Below, piece by piece: positions 1-11,194 of a stretch of DNA of 64,000 nucleotides (the first letter of the stretch is position 1; each line of letters opens with the position of its first letter). The notes under the pieces were generated by a model. That model searched no databases. It was not told the origin of the DNA and saw only the letters and a program-made list of their open reading frames with translations. This stretch comes from Synechococcus sp. UW140 (GTDB lineage Bacteria; Cyanobacteriota; Cyanobacteriia; PCC-6307; Cyanobiaceae): NCBI GenBank assembly GCA_945872185.1, contig CAMBZX010000001.1, forward strand, positions 6,101 through 70,100. The letters run 5' to 3'. Made by a program: the position numbers and the translations under genes.

Positions 1-58
1 GGTGAGCCCACCTGTGGTGACTTCCCTGAGCTGACACCCGATCTCCCCCACCATCGGC

Positions 59-178
59 ATGCAACGCAACGACAACCCCAACAACCTCCCGGTTGAACTG
101 AACCGCACCAGCCTTTATCTCGGCCTGCTGTTCGTGTTTGTCACGGGCGTGTTGTTTTCCAGCTACTTCTTCAACTGA
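59..178 (+). CDS. psbL: Photosystem II protein L
   Basis: Manual translation [39 protein letters not shown] has the PsbL signature VELNRTSLY; lies directly upstream of psbJ. Too short for the ORF track. Confidence 0.97.
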   Translation: MQRNDNPNNLPVELNRTSLYLGLLFVFVTGVLFSSYFFN

Positions 179-193
179 TCCGGAGGTTCCCGA

Positions 194-394
194 ATGAGCG
201 GCAAGAAATCCTCTCTCCCCGACGGCCGGATCCCGGATCGTCTGCCTGATGGCCGCCCGGCCGTGGCTTGGAAGAGCCGCTGGACCGAAGGCGTCCTGCC
301 CCTCTGGCTGGTGGCCACCGCCGGTGGTATGGCCGTGATCTTCGTGGTCGGTCTGTTTTTCTACGGTTCCTATGTGGCCGTGGGTTCGGCCTGA
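194..394 (+). CDS. psbJ: Photosystem II protein J (long picocyanobacterial form)
   Basis: [11 protein letters not shown]...GLFFYGSY motif; GGAGG RBS; psbEFLJ gene order. Confidence 0.95.
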   Translation: MSGKKSSLPDGRIPDRLPDGRPAVAWKSRWTEGVLPLWLVATAGGMAVIFVVGLFFYGSYVAVGSA

Positions 395-445
395 AATTGG
401 CACCCTCTGAAATCGACACCCACGTCGCACCCTCACACCCCCTGG

Positions 446-472
446 CGGGCTCGAAAGAGCCCGTTTTTTTTT
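446..472 (+). terminator. Rho-independent terminator of the psbEFLJ operon
   Basis: CGGGCTC-GAAA-GAGCCCG hairpin followed by 9 T. Confidence 0.9.
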
Positions 473-524
473 GTACACAACAGCTTTGTTGACATCAACA
501 CTGCTGACCCAGCGGGCGCCAATC

Positions 525-1787
525 TCAGGCCAGCAGGCGGGCCAGCAGAGCCTCGGGGGAGAGTCGCAGATCAACGCCCTGGGGATCGCGCAGATCCTTG
601 AGCACCACCACCCCTTCACTGGCTTCGGCCTCGCCGATCACCGCCGCCCAGCGGGCACCGCAGCGGTCGGCCCGTTTGAACTGTTTGCCGAAGGCGGCGG
701 CCGTCAGATCCAGCTCCACCGCCAGGCCCAGGGCACGAGCACGCCGAGCCAGCGGCAGCGCCAAGGCTTCGGCCTCGCTGCCGCGGCTAATCACATACAG
801 ATCAGGCAGCGCCGCCTGGAACGCCGCCGGATCGCTGGCGGCCTGGGCCAGCAGCACCAGCCGCTCCATCCCCAGGGCCCAGCCCACCGCTGGCGTAGCC
901 GGCCCGCCCAGCTGGCCCACCAAGCCGTCGTAGCGACCACCACCGCAGACGGTGGCCTGGGCGCCGAGTTGGCTGCTGGTGATCTCGAAGGCGGTATGGC
1001 TGTAGTAATCGAGCCCTCGCACCAGGCGGGGATTGATCACAAACGGAATCTCCAGCCGGCTCAGGGCCTGCTGCACCCGCTCGAAACGCTCGCGGCTCTC
1101 GGGCGCCAGGGCGGCCGCCAAGGTGGGAGCCCCAGCCAGCAGGGCCTGGGTGTGGGGGTTCTTGGAATCAAGAATGCGCAGGGGGTTGGTGCTGAGGCGC
1201 TGCTGGGAGTCGGGATCCAGCTGCTGGCGATGCCCTTCCAGCCACTGCACCAGCTCGCCGCGGTAGCGCAGGCGATCGTCTGAACTTCCCAGGGAGTTGA
1301 GCTCCAGGGCCAGGCCGCCCAGGCCCAGCTCCGCCAGCAGATCCCAGGCAATGGCGATCGCCTCGGCATCGCTGCGCGGATCGGCGAAGCCGAGAAACTC
1401 CAGACCGATCTGATGGAACTGGCGCTGGCGGCCGGCCTGGGGCCGCTCGTAGCGGAACATCGGTCCGCCGTACCAGAGCCGCTGCGGCCCCTGGGCCAGC
1501 AGGCCGTGCTGAATCACGGCGCGCACCACCGAAGCGGTGCCCTCCGGCCGCAGGGTGCAGCTGCGCTCGCCACGATCGAGAAAGGTGTACATCTCCTTAC
1601 CCACCACATCGGTGGCCTCGCCGATGCCACGGGCGAACAGCTCGGTGACCTCCAGCAGCGGTGTGCGGATCTCGGCGATGCCGGCCCGGCGGAACTGGTC
1701 GCGGGCCACGGCCTCGACCCGCTGCCAGAACGGGGTCTGGGCTGGCAGCAGATCTACCGTGCCGCGCAGGCTCTGGAGCGGTTCCAA
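525..1787 (-). CDS. hisS: Histidine--tRNA ligase
   Basis: [31 protein letters not shown] and GGGRYDGL motifs. Confidence 0.97.
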   Translation of the reverse strand: MEPLQSLRGTVDLLPAQTPFWQRVEAVARDQFRRAGIAEIRTPLLEVTELFARGIGEATDVVGKEMYTFLDRGERSCTLRPEGTASVVRAVIQHGLLAQGPQRLWYGGPMFRYERPQAGRQRQFHQIGLEFLGFADPRSDAEAIAIAWDLLAELGLGGLALELNSLGSSDDRLRYRGELVQWLEGHRQQLDPDSQQRLSTNPLRILDSKNPHTQALLAGAPTLAAALAPESRERFERVQQALSRLEIPFVINPRLVRGLDYYSHTAFEITSSQLGAQATVCGGGRYDGLVGQLGGPATPAVGWALGMERLVLLAQAASDPAAFQAALPDLYVISRGSEAEALALPLARRARALGLAVELDLTAAAFGKQFKRADRCGARWAAVIGEAEASEGVVVLKDLRDPQGVDLRLSPEALLARLLA

Positions 1788-1847
1788 GGGGGCAGTCCAG
1801 GCATGGGAGAGGGCCAGTTTGCCCTGGGGAGGGGCCCGACTCCAGGC

Positions 1848-2876
1848 TCAGACCCCGTAGTGACGGCGATACCAGGCACTGAAGCGCTCAACGCCGACCT
1901 CGATCGCGGTGGTGGGCCGGAAGCCCACCCAGGCTTCCAGGGCGCTGGTGTCGGCGGCGGTGGCCGGCACATCGCCGGGCTGCATCGGCTGCAGATCGCG
2001 GATCGCCTCGCGGCCGAGGGCCTGCTCCAACACCTCGATGAAGCGCAGCAACTCAATCGGCTGGCTGTTGCCGATGTTGAACAGCCGGTGCGGCACCGCG
2101 GCGGTGGCCGGATCGGGTTGCAGCGGATCGAATTGGGGGTCGGCCGTGGCCGGCTTGTCGAGGCAGCGCACAACGCCTTCGACGATGTCGTCGATGTAGG
2201 TGAAATCTCGCTGCATCCGGCCCTGGTTGAACACCTGGATCGGCTCGCCCGCCAGGATCGCGCGGGCGAACAGCATCGGCGCCATGTCGGGCCGGCCCCA
2301 GGGGCCATACACGGTGAAGAAGCGCAGACCGGTGGCCGGCAGGCCGTAGAGATGGCTATAGGTGTGGGCCATCAATTCGTTGGCCTTTTTGGTGGCCGCA
2401 TACAGGCTCACCGGGTGATTCACCGCATGCTGCTCGGAGAACGGCATCTGCCGGTTACCGCCATACACCGAGCTGCTGGAGGCATAGACCAGATGCTCCA
2501 CCGCTTGCTGACGGCAGCCCTCGAGGATGTGACCGAAGCCCACCAGATTGCTCTGGATGTAAACGGCGGGATTCTCAATCGAGTGGCGCACCCCCGCCTG
2601 GGCGGCGAGGTGGATCACCCGTGCCGGACGCTCGGAGGCGAACAAGGTCGCCATCGCCTCGCCGTCGGCGAGATCCAGCTGCTGAAAGCTGAATTCGCCC
2701 TGCAGGGTCTGGGCCAGCACCTGCAGCCGCTCCAGCCGGGCCCGCTTGAGAGCCGGGTTGTAGTAGCTGTTGAGGTTGTCGAGACCGATCAGCCGCTCAC
2801 CCCTGGCCAGCAGCCGCTCCGCCACGGCGGCGCCGATGAAGCCAGCCACACCGGTGACCAGAATGGGGCGGCTCAT
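1848..2876 (-). CDS. UDP-glucuronate 4-epimerase-type NAD-dependent epimerase
   Basis: TGVAGFIG, HLAAQAGVR, YAATKK, RFFTVYGPWGRPDMA. Confidence 0.9.
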   Translation of the reverse strand: MSRPILVTGVAGFIGAAVAERLLARGERLIGLDNLNSYYNPALKRARLERLQVLAQTLQGEFSFQQLDLADGEAMATLFASERPARVIHLAAQAGVRHSIENPAVYIQSNLVGFGHILEGCRQQAVEHLVYASSSSVYGGNRQMPFSEQHAVNHPVSLYAATKKANELMAHTYSHLYGLPATGLRFFTVYGPWGRPDMAPMLFARAILAGEPIQVFNQGRMQRDFTYIDDIVEGVVRCLDKPATADPQFDPLQPDPATAAVPHRLFNIGNSQPIELLRFIEVLEQALGREAIRDLQPMQPGDVPATAADTSALEAWVGFRPTTAIEVGVERFSAWYRRHYGV

Positions 2877-3814
2877 CAGTCCTGCACCAGACGCTGGCGG
2901 AAATAGGCGATGGTGGGCTCCAGGCCCTGCTCCAGATTCACGCTCGGCTGCCAGTCGAGCTCCTGGCGAGCCAGATCGATCACGGGCTGGCGCTGCAGCG
3001 GATCATCCTGGGGCAGGGGCAGGCTGACCAATTCCAGAGAGGGATTGATGCGATCGCGCACCAACTCGGCCAGTTGCCGGATCGTGAACTCGCCGGGATT
3101 GCCGATGTTGATCGGGCCGGTATGCGCGCCATTCATCAGCCGGATCATGCCCTCAATCAGATCATCCACATAGCAAAACGAGCGGGTCTGACTGCCATCG
3201 CCATAGAGCGTAAGCGGCTGGCCCCGTAGAGCCTGAACGATGAAGTTGCTCACCACCCGGCCATCGTCCGGCAACATGCGCGGGCCGTAGGTGTTGAAAA
3301 TACGCATCACCCGGATTTCGGTGCCGTGCATGCGCTTGTAATCGAAACACAGGGTTTCAGCGATGCGCTTGCCCTCGTCGTAGCAGGAGCGGATGCCGAT
3401 GGTGTTCACACAACCGCGGTAGCTCTCGGGCTGGGGATGAACCTCCGGATCGCCGTACACCTCGCTGGTGGAGGCCAACAGCAGCCGCGCTCCCACGCGC
3501 CGCGCCAGGCCGAGCATGTTGTAGGTGCCCAGAAAGCTGGTCTTGGCGGTTTTGATCGGATTGAACTGATAGTGCACCGGCGAGGCCGGACAGGCCAGAT
3601 GCCAGATGCGATCGACCTCCAGCCGGATCGGATCGGTGACGTCGTGGCGGATCAACTCGAAACTGGGATGGCCGATCCAGTGGCGGATGTTGTCCTTGCG
3701 ACCGGTGTAGTAGTTATCGAGGCAGATCACCTCCTCACCGGCCTGCATCAGCCGATCGATCAGGTGGGAGCCGAGAAAGCCGGCTCCCCCGGTGATCAGG
3801 TTGCGCTTCGCCAT
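2876..3814 (-). CDS. UDP-glucuronate decarboxylase (UDP-xylose synthase)
   Basis: [30 protein letters not shown]; start moved to MAKRNL, just after the ugd stop. Confidence 0.92.
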   Translation of the reverse strand: MAKRNLITGGAGFLGSHLIDRLMQAGEEVICLDNYYTGRKDNIRHWIGHPSFELIRHDVTDPIRLEVDRIWHLACPASPVHYQFNPIKTAKTSFLGTYNMLGLARRVGARLLLASTSEVYGDPEVHPQPESYRGCVNTIGIRSCYDEGKRIAETLCFDYKRMHGTEIRVMRIFNTYGPRMLPDDGRVVSNFIVQALRGQPLTLYGDGSQTRSFCYVDDLIEGMIRLMNGAHTGPINIGNPGEFTIRQLAELVRDRINPSLELVSLPLPQDDPLQRQPVIDLARQELDWQPSVNLEQGLEPTIAYFRQRLVQD

Positions 3815-3815
3815 C

Positions 3816-5237
3816 TCAGCCCTCTCCCACTCGCCAGACCGTAAGGCCGGCGGCGCGGGCAGCCTCGGCATCGGCGATCGCCCGGGCATCAAACAGCCAG
3901 GCCGGCCGGCGCATCAGCGCGGCGATGGCGGCCCAGTCGAGTTGGCGGTAGGCGCCCCATTCGGTGAGGATCAGCACGGCATCGGCACCGCGGGCCGCCT
4001 CCAGCGCTGAGCCGGCCGACAGCCAGCCCCCTTCATCGCCGCGGGCGGAGCCAACCCCGCCCTCCAGTGGCGCCTGCTCCAGATCCAGGGCGATCTGGGC
4101 CGGCTCCACCTTGGCATCGACAATCGCCAATTGGGCCCCCTCCTCGATCAGATCGCGGCAGATGCGGATCGCCGGCGATTCACGGGTGTCGTTGGTGTCG
4201 GCCTTGAAGGCAAAACCGAGCACCGCCAGGCGCTTGCCGGTGACGGTGCCGAACAGGCTCTGCACCACCTTGCGAGCAATGCGGTGCTGCTGCCAGCTGT
4301 TGAGGCTCACCACCTGCTCCCAGTAGCTGGCCACAGCTTCGAGTCCGTAGTGGCGGCAGAGATACACCAGGTTGAGAATGTCCTTCTGGAAACAACTGCC
4401 ACCAAAGCCCGGCCCCGCCTGCAGAAAGCTGGAACCGAGGCGTGAGTCGCTGCCGATCGCCCGCGCCACCTCACGCACGTCGGCGCCGGTGGCCTCGCAG
4501 AGGGCGGCGATGCTGTTGATCGAGGAAATGCGCTGGGCCAGAAAGGCATTAGCCGTGAGCTTGGACAGTTCGCTGCTCCAGAGATTGGTGCGCAGGATGC
4601 GCTCCTCAGGCACCCATTGGCCATAAATGCTCACCAGCGCCTCGATTGCCGCTTCGTCCTCACCGCCGATCAGCACCCGATCGGGATCCTCCAGATCGCC
4701 GATGGCGGTGCCCTCTGCCAGGAACTCGGGATTGGACAGCACCGCGAAGGTCTTGCCGCCATGGGCATCCCCCTGGGCTGCGGCCAGGATCGCCTTCACC
4801 GCCTCGGCCGTGCGCACCGGCAGGGTGCTCTTCTCGACCACGATCGTGTGGCCCCGGGCGGCGGCGGCCACCTGGCGCGCCGAGGCCTCGATCCAGCGCA
4901 GATCGCTGGCCTGGCCGGCGCCGACCCCCCGGGTTTTGGTGGGGGTGTTCACCGACAGGAACACCAGGTCGGCGGCAGCGATGGCCGCATCCACCTCGGT
5001 GCTGAAATGCAGGTTGCGGCCCCGGGCCCGGCCCACCACCGCATCAAGGCCCGGCTCGTAAATCGGCAGACGACTCAGGTCATCGTCATTCCAGGCAGCG
5101 ATGCGCTCGGCATTGAGATCAACCACCGTGACCTGAATCTGGGGGCAGCGATCGGCGATCACCGCCATCGTGGGCCCCCCCACATAGCCCGCTCCGATAC
5201 AACAGACCGCACGGATCGGGGGCCTGGTCGGGTTCAT
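3816..5237 (-). CDS. ugd: UDP-glucose 6-dehydrogenase
   Basis: [32 protein letters not shown] catalytic Cys. Confidence 0.95.
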   Translation of the reverse strand: MNPTRPPIRAVCCIGAGYVGGPTMAVIADRCPQIQVTVVDLNAERIAAWNDDDLSRLPIYEPGLDAVVGRARGRNLHFSTEVDAAIAAADLVFLSVNTPTKTRGVGAGQASDLRWIEASARQVAAAARGHTIVVEKSTLPVRTAEAVKAILAAAQGDAHGGKTFAVLSNPEFLAEGTAIGDLEDPDRVLIGGEDEAAIEALVSIYGQWVPEERILRTNLWSSELSKLTANAFLAQRISSINSIAALCEATGADVREVARAIGSDSRLGSSFLQAGPGFGGSCFQKDILNLVYLCRHYGLEAVASYWEQVVSLNSWQQHRIARKVVQSLFGTVTGKRLAVLGFAFKADTNDTRESPAIRICRDLIEEGAQLAIVDAKVEPAQIALDLEQAPLEGGVGSARGDEGGWLSAGSALEAARGADAVLILTEWGAYRQLDWAAIAALMRRPAWLFDARAIADAEAARAAGLTVWRVGEG

Positions 5238-5346
5238 GGAAGTTCCAAGATTGGAGGGAGCTTAACGCCAGCCCATCAGCGGCTCTCCTTCCCATTCCAG
5301 CTCGACGTTCCTTAATCTCAGCCTGAAGCTCGAAGCAGCCTGAGCC

Positions 5347-6414
5347 TTGGCCAACCTGCTGATCACCGGGGGGGCTGGCTTCATCGGCAGCCACACCTGC
5401 CTCGCCCTGCTCCAGGCGGGTCACCGCTTGGTGGTGCTGGACAATTTCAGCAACAGCCAGCCCGAAGCCCTGCGGCGGGTGGCCGAGCTGGCCGCACTCG
5501 AGCCGCTGACGACCAGGGGATACGCCTGCTGGGCCACAGCAGATCAGAGGCTGATCGTGCACCAAGGTGATGTACGAGCGCGGCAAGATCTCGATCCGTT
5601 GTTCGCCACCGCGCGGATCGATGGCGTGCTGCATTTCGCCGGCCTCAAGGCCGTGGCCGATTCGATCGCCCAGCCGCTGCAGTACTGGGACGTGAACGTG
5701 ACTGGCAGTGTCTGCCTGCTCCAGGCGATGGCGGCCGGGGGCTGCCGCACCCTGGTGTTCAGCAGCAGTGCCACCCTCTACGGCCATCCCGAGCGCGTCC
5801 CGATCCCGGAAGAGGCCCCGATTCGGCCCATCAATCCCTACGGCCAGACCAAGGCGGCCGTGGAACAGCTGCTGGTCGATGTGGCGGCCAGCCACCCGGA
5901 CTGGCGCATCGCCCGACTGCGCTACTTCAACCCGGTCGCAGCCCACCCCAGCGGCCACATCGGCGAAGATCCCCACGGCATCCCCTCCAACATCTTTCCG
6001 CTGATCAGCCAGGTGGCGATGGGCCGACGTCCCGTGCTGGAAGTGTTCGGCAACGACTGGCCGAGCGCCGATGGCACCGGGGTGCGCGATTACATCCATG
6101 TGATGGATCTGGCCGAAGGCCACGGGGCGGCCCTGGCCCTGCTGCTGGCGGAAGCGCCCCAACTGCTCACCCTCAACCTCGGCAGTGGCCAGGGCCATTC
6201 GGTGCTGGAACTGGTAAGAGCCTTCGCCGCCGCCAGCGGCCAGCCGATCCCGATCCACTTCAGCGCCCGGCGCCCCGGGGATTCAGCGGTGAGCATCGCC
6301 GATCCGGGCGCCGCCGCGCGGCGCATGGGCTGGCGTACCCGCCGCAGCCTGGGACAGATCTGCCGCGACGGCTGGGCCTGGCAGCAGGCCAATCCCCAGG
6401 GCTACAGCGCCTGA
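5347..6414 (+). CDS. galE: UDP-glucose 4-epimerase
   Basis: GGAGFIGSH, HFAGLKAV, LRYFNP, DGTGVRDYIHV. Confidence 0.93.
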   Translation: MANLLITGGAGFIGSHTCLALLQAGHRLVVLDNFSNSQPEALRRVAELAALEPLTTRGYACWATADQRLIVHQGDVRARQDLDPLFATARIDGVLHFAGLKAVADSIAQPLQYWDVNVTGSVCLLQAMAAGGCRTLVFSSSATLYGHPERVPIPEEAPIRPINPYGQTKAAVEQLLVDVAASHPDWRIARLRYFNPVAAHPSGHIGEDPHGIPSNIFPLISQVAMGRRPVLEVFGNDWPSADGTGVRDYIHVMDLAEGHGAALALLLAEAPQLLTLNLGSGQGHSVLELVRAFAAASGQPIPIHFSARRPGDSAVSIADPGAAARRMGWRTRRSLGQICRDGWAWQQANPQGYSA

Positions 6415-6421
6415 ATCAGGC

Positions 6422-8356
6422 TCAGGGGCGAGGCGGGGCCAGGCGGCGAAACACCTGCACCTCACCGCTGCGCAAGCCCAGCTGCTCACCGATGGGTTGC
6501 CAGACAGCGTCATCGCCGGCGAGACAAGCCCGCAGGGAGGCCTCGCTGTTCGGCCCGCTGCGATCGCTGCGCATCCAGACCACCAGATCATGGGGAGCTG
6601 CCGTGAGCTGACGACAGACCTCGGCCGTGCCGATGGGCAGGCCGAGGCTGCGCGTGGCCCAGCTGGCTGACAGATTCTGTTGGTCGAGACTCCAGTGGGG
6701 GCCGATCCCAACGCCGCTGGAGCGGAGGGCCAGCTCACGCAACAGGGCGGTGTCCTGGGGGGCCTGCAAGGAGCGCCGGGCAGGGTGTTCGGCGGCGATG
6801 TAAGCGCGCACGGCAGCGCGATCGTGCTCCAGCGCCAGCAGGGGCGGCTTGGGCCCACGCGGCGGGTGAAGCACCGCGGCGAACAAGACGTTGTTGCAAA
6901 GAATCAACGACAGCAGCACGATCGTGACCCCAGCGATGCCCCGCAGCCGGCGCTGGGGACTGCGTTCCAGGGCGGCCAGGCCGGCACTGATGAGCAGCAC
7001 CAAGGGCAGCACCAGCAGCTGCAATGCGTTGCGACCGGGCTCGCCGCGCTGCAGCGCCAGCAGCACATCAAGGCTGAAAATCACCGCCAGCGCCGGCAGC
7101 AACCGCCCCCGACCACCCAGGCGGCGGCGGGTACGGCTGGGAAGCTGCCGCAGCAGCGCCAGGAGTGGCAGCAGGAGCGGCACCAGACCAAACAGCCAGA
7201 GCGGCAGACCGGCCACGCGCAGGCTCAGCAGCTCCGCCAACCGTTGCAAAAAAGGAACGCCCGGCGGATCGCCACGGCTGGCCAGCTCAAGGGGCAACTG
7301 CACCGCCCCAGCCCAGACCTGGGCCAGGCCGCCGGGCTGGCCCAGGTAAGGCAGCAGCAGCAGCAGGGCGGCGCTGCCGCCGCCAAGGATCGGCCACAGC
7401 CAGAAGCAGGGGCGGCGCAGCTCCAACAGCAGCGCCAGCAGCACGGCCGTCAGCAGCAGCGGCGGGAGCAGCAGCGGCAGGGCATTGACGATCAGCAGCA
7501 GCACCGCCCCGGCCAGAGCCAAGCAGACGTTGGCGGCAGCGGCAGACCCCGGGGCCAGCCGTCCAGAGGCGATCGAGCCGGCGGGCCTCCCAGCGCCGCG
7601 CATCCACACGGGACGGATCCACACGGCCCGGAGCGACCCAACCCGGAGCGACCCAGCCCGGATCCCCAGGAACAGCACCAGCACCAGCAACGTGTCGACG
7701 ATGGAGGGCAGCAACCCCGAAGAACCGAGCGGAAACAGCTGCACAAACACGACGTAGAGCAGGGCCGCAAACGGCGGCACCAGGGACTGCCGCCGCAAGG
7801 CCAACAACCCCAGCGCCCCCAGCTGACACAGGCTCGACCACAACAGACCACCACCCAGCAGACTCAGGGCCAGCAGCAGCAGCCGGTGGGGGCGCAGTGG
7901 GCCCAGCCACGGGCCCCACCAGGACTCCAGCCAAGCGGACGGTGCATAGAGGTACTGGGCGACAACGGGAGTGCCGTTGAGGAAGTCGCGGTAGGTGAGG
8001 GCACCGACCAGGCGCCGTTGCCCCGCATAGAGCAACTGATCCAGGTCAGAGTCGTAACTGCCAACCAGGGACGACTGACGCCAGGCCTGGAGCACCAGAC
8101 CCACCAGCACCAGACACCAGAGGCCCTGCAACAGGCGCCGCAGCGGTGGCTGAGGCCACGCCAGCGGATCAGACGGTTCAGGCTGGCAAGGATCCGGCTG
8201 GGAGGCCCCGGATCCGGCGGGGGCCTGACCAGACCAGACAGCTCTCCTCAGCAGCCAGGGGTCTGGGTTCAGGGACAGGGGGCTTGGAATCGGGGAGCCA
8301 ACGATACCGAGGACGTACAGCTGATCATCCCGGCCGCGGCGATCCGATGGCCTCAA
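6422..8356 (-). CDS. Polytopic membrane protein, possibly GT-C-fold glycosyltransferase-like
   Basis: Many hydrophobic segments; acidic DSDLD loop after the first TM helix; start uncertain. Confidence 0.55.
   Translation of the reverse strand: MRPSDRRGRDDQLYVLGIVGSPIPSPLSLNPDPWLLRRAVWSGQAPAGSGASQPDPCQPEPSDPLAWPQPPLRRLLQGLWCLVLVGLVLQAWRQSSLVGSYDSDLDQLLYAGQRRLVGALTYRDFLNGTPVVAQYLYAPSAWLESWWGPWLGPLRPHRLLLLALSLLGGGLLWSSLCQLGALGLLALRRQSLVPPFAALLYVVFVQLFPLGSSGLLPSIVDTLLVLVLFLGIRAGSLRVGSLRAVWIRPVWMRGAGRPAGSIASGRLAPGSAAAANVCLALAGAVLLLIVNALPLLLPPLLLTAVLLALLLELRRPCFWLWPILGGGSAALLLLLPYLGQPGGLAQVWAGAVQLPLELASRGDPPGVPFLQRLAELLSLRVAGLPLWLFGLVPLLLPLLALLRQLPSRTRRRLGGRGRLLPALAVIFSLDVLLALQRGEPGRNALQLLVLPLVLLISAGLAALERSPQRRLRGIAGVTIVLLSLILCNNVLFAAVLHPPRGPKPPLLALEHDRAAVRAYIAAEHPARRSLQAPQDTALLRELALRSSGVGIGPHWSLDQQNLSASWATRSLGLPIGTAEVCRQLTAAPHDLVVWMRSDRSGPNSEASLRACLAGDDAVWQPIGEQLGLRSGEVQVFRRLAPPRP
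7599..7673. repeat. Degenerate in-frame 15-bp tandem repeat x5
   Basis: cgcatccacacggga|cggatccacacggcc|cggagcgacccaacc|cggagcgacccagcc|cggatccccaggaac. Confidence 0.75.
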
Positions 8357-8370
8357 GGCCCAACAGCGGC

Positions 8371-8685
8371 TCAGATCTGGGGAAGAGCCGCCCGCAGGCG
8401 CTCACGGAAATCGCCCTTGGCCATGCCGCCCTTCACCTCCCCGTGAATCTCAAAATCCGCCTCCAACTTGCTCACCACCAGATAGGTGGGCCAGCCCATA
8501 CCCTCCTTGCCGGGGTACTGGGCCAGCAACACCCGCCGGTAACGGCGATAGACCTCGGTGTCCTGCAGCATCACGCTGATGAAAGCCAGGCCGAGCTCTT
8601 CGGCCACCTTGGCGTCGTAGTTGCTCATGCGATGGCAGGTGCCGCACTCCTCGGAGCTGAACTTCAGGACGGTGAGGCTGGCCAT
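8371..8685 (-). CDS. Thioredoxin-like protein
   Basis: CGTC motif after a beta strand and a WPT cis-Pro motif. Confidence 0.8.
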   Translation of the reverse strand: MASLTVLKFSSEECGTCHRMSNYDAKVAEELGLAFISVMLQDTEVYRRYRRVLLAQYPGKEGMGWPTYLVVSKLEADFEIHGEVKGGMAKGDFRERLRAALPQI

Positions 8686-8773
8686 GGCTTCAGCAGAGGC
8701 GGGCGGCGGGATCGTAGGCAAACGGCAGCGAATATGCAGCGGCTACCAAGGCTGACAATCCCCCCGGCAGCCT

Positions 8774-10156
8774 TCAGATCCGTTCCTGATCGAGTCGCTC
8801 GGCCCGCAGCTGTCGCAGCCGTTCGCCCAGGGCTGGCCCGGCCACCATCCCGGCCGCGAGCAGATCACTGGCGCTGAGTTCGGCGCGCAGCTGGCGCCAG
8901 CGCCTCCACCAGCGCCACAACGGCCGCCAGAAAGGGCGCCACAGCGGCCGCCCCGCCGCTCCCAGCCCGGCCGCCAGGGCCAGGGCCACCGCCTCCGCAT
9001 CCAGCCCCGGCGCCTCCAGCAGGGCACACCAGCGCGACGGCGACCAGGCGACCATCGCCGCCACACCGTGCGCCGCCGCCGCCGCCGCCAGCCGTCGGTT
9101 CAGCTCCAGCCACTGGGCCAGCAGACGATGCTGACGATGGGGCAGCTGCAGGCGCTCGGCCAGCAGCAGCGGCTCCGCCGCCGCCGCCAGCAGGGCCGGC
9201 AACAGGGGCAGCTCCAGCCGTTCGGCCCAGCGCAGACGCCGCAGCCAGCGGCGATCGTGCTGCAACGCCTCATCCAGCAGCGGCAAGGCCCCCCAGCGCT
9301 GCAGAGCCGCCAGGGCCAGGGGCCAGGCCTCCCGCTCCAGCAGCAGCTCCAGCTCCATGCGCAGCCGGGTGCCCAGGGCCGAAGGGGCCCGCTGCGGGCC
9401 ATCGCCTGGATGCCAGCGCCAGGGCCAGATCGCCAGGGTGTGCTGCAGCTGCTCCAGGCTCTCGGGCGCCAGCTCAAAACCCAGCCGCGCCGCGTAGCGG
9501 GCAGCACGAATGATGCGGGTGGGATCGTCGCGCAGGCTGGCGTCATGCAGCAGCCGCAGCTGCCGACGGGCCAGGTCCAGCTGGCCGCCGTGGGGATCGA
9601 GCAGTCCGGGGAGCGGTGTGTCCTGGGCCGAACCCAGCGGTGTCTCGGCCGGCTGGCTCAGCAGCACGGCCATGGCATTGATGCTGAAGTCACGCCGGGC
9701 CAGGTCGTCGTCGAGGCCGCCGAAACGCACCACCGGGTTCTCGCCGGCTTCGGGATAGATCTCACGACGGGCACTGGCCACATCCAGCAGCAGCGGCCCA
9801 TCCGGCAGATCCAGTTCCAGTTCCACCGTGCCGTAGGCGCCGTGCTCCTGGTAGGTGAGCAGCTTCTCGGGGCCCATCAGCTCGCGCAGGCGGCGGGCCA
9901 GCCGGTGGGCAGGCGCGAGGCCCGTGTCCGCATCCGGGCCCGCCTGCACCGGAACCGCGACCAGGGCAGCGGCGGACTCGACAACCAGATCGAGATCCGG
10001 TACCCCCAGCCAGGGGTCCTGATGCACCCGGTGCAACAGCAGATCGCGCACCGCCCCACCCACCAGCGCCAGTCGATCCGCGGCGGCGGCCCGCACCAAC
10101 TGGGCCCTGAACGCCGGCGGCAGGCCTGGCAACTCGAGCGCCGACGGGGAAATCAC
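8774..10156 (-). CDS. tRNA nucleotidyltransferase (CCA/A-adding) family
   Basis: VGGAVRD..DLD, RRDFSINAMA, DDPTRIIRAARY. Confidence 0.9.
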   Translation of the reverse strand: MISPSALELPGLPPAFRAQLVRAAAADRLALVGGAVRDLLLHRVHQDPWLGVPDLDLVVESAAALVAVPVQAGPDADTGLAPAHRLARRLRELMGPEKLLTYQEHGAYGTVELELDLPDGPLLLDVASARREIYPEAGENPVVRFGGLDDDLARRDFSINAMAVLLSQPAETPLGSAQDTPLPGLLDPHGGQLDLARRQLRLLHDASLRDDPTRIIRAARYAARLGFELAPESLEQLQHTLAIWPWRWHPGDGPQRAPSALGTRLRMELELLLEREAWPLALAALQRWGALPLLDEALQHDRRWLRRLRWAERLELPLLPALLAAAAEPLLLAERLQLPHRQHRLLAQWLELNRRLAAAAAAHGVAAMVAWSPSRWCALLEAPGLDAEAVALALAAGLGAAGRPLWRPFWRPLWRWWRRWRQLRAELSASDLLAAGMVAGPALGERLRQLRAERLDQERI

Positions 10157-10174
10157 GGGGCCTGGCCGGAGAGA

Positions 10175-11194
10175 ATGGCCGCATCATCCCGGAGCTGCTC
10201 CTTGTCTGCCCTCACCCGCTGTCTGATCGAGGAGGCGGCCGCGATCGCGGCCAGCGCCCAGCGACTGGATGCGGCCCAGGTGGAAGCCGCCCTCGATCGG
10301 CTGGAGGCCTGCGCTGACGCCAGGGCCAAGTTGGTGATCACCGGGGTGGGCAAGAGCGGCATCGTGGCGCGCAAGATCGCCGCCACCTTCTCCTCGATCG
10401 GCCTGATGGCCCTTTATCTCAATCCCCTCGATGCCCTGCACGGCGATCTGGGCGTGGTGGCGCCAGAGGATGTGGCCCTGCTGCTGTCCAACAGCGGCGA
10501 AACCCAGGAGCTGCTGGAAATCCTGCCCCACCTCAAGCGGCGTGGCACCGCCCGCATCGCCCTGGTGGGCCGGGTGGACTCGACGCTGGCCCGGGGCTGC
10601 GACGTGGTGCTCGACGGCTCGGTGGACCGGGAGATCTGCCCCCTGAACCTGGCCCCCACCGCCAGCACTGCCGTGGCGATGGCGATCGGCGACGCCCTGG
10701 CGGCCGTGTGGATGGAGCGCCGCGGCATCTCCCCCCAGGATTTCGCCATCAACCATCCGGCCGGCTCCCTCGGCAAACAACTCACCCTCACCGCCGCCGA
10801 CCTGATGGTGCCGGTGGCCCGGCTGACGCCGCTGCTGGCCGAAACGCCTCTACCCGAGGTGATCGCCCATCTCACCGCCGATGGGGTTGGCGCCTGCTGG
10901 GTGGCCCAACCGGAGGCCGGCGATCGCATCTGGGGCCTGATCACCGACGGCGATCTGCGCCGCGCCCTGCAGCAACACGGCGCCCAGAACTGGAGCCAGC
11001 TGACAGCCGTCGACCTGATGACCGCCGATCCGATCACCGTGGACGAAGACACCCTGGCGATCAGCGCCCTGGAACAGATGGAGCGCAATCGCCGCAAGGC
11101 GATCGCCGTGCTGCCCGTCACCTCGGCCGACCAGCGGATGCTGGGTTTGCTGCGCCTGCATGACCTGGTGCAGGCCGGCCTCACCAGCGCCTAG
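10175..11194 (+). CDS. kdsD: Arabinose-5-phosphate isomerase KpsF/GutQ (SIS + CBS)
   Basis: TGVGKSG, ALHGDLG, SNSGET, APTAST, HPAGSLG, C-terminal CBS pair; this is the C-terminal part of ORF 9068..11194. Confidence 0.92.
   Translation: MAASSRSCSLSALTRCLIEEAAAIAASAQRLDAAQVEAALDRLEACADARAKLVITGVGKSGIVARKIAATFSSIGLMALYLNPLDALHGDLGVVAPEDVALLLSNSGETQELLEILPHLKRRGTARIALVGRVDSTLARGCDVVLDGSVDREICPLNLAPTASTAVAMAIGDALAAVWMERRGISPQDFAINHPAGSLGKQLTLTAADLMVPVARLTPLLAETPLPEVIAHLTADGVGACWVAQPEAGDRIWGLITDGDLRRALQQHGAQNWSQLTAVDLMTADPITVDEDTLAISALEQMERNRRKAIAVLPVTSADQRMLGLLRLHDLVQAGLTSA

Noticed and set aside
1-58. 3' end of psbF
   Set aside because: At most a stop codon (TGA at 3-5) falls in the window; not supportable.
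6680-8446. Long Gln-rich antisense ORFs (also 24399..25418, 25659..26726, 57903..59747 and others)
   Set aside because: Shadow frames of high-GC genes (CTG read as CAG); no protein motifs.
9068-11194. 708-aa KpsF fusion ORF
   Set aside because: The N-terminal part is antisense to the nucleotidyltransferase gene, a high-GC shadow frame.
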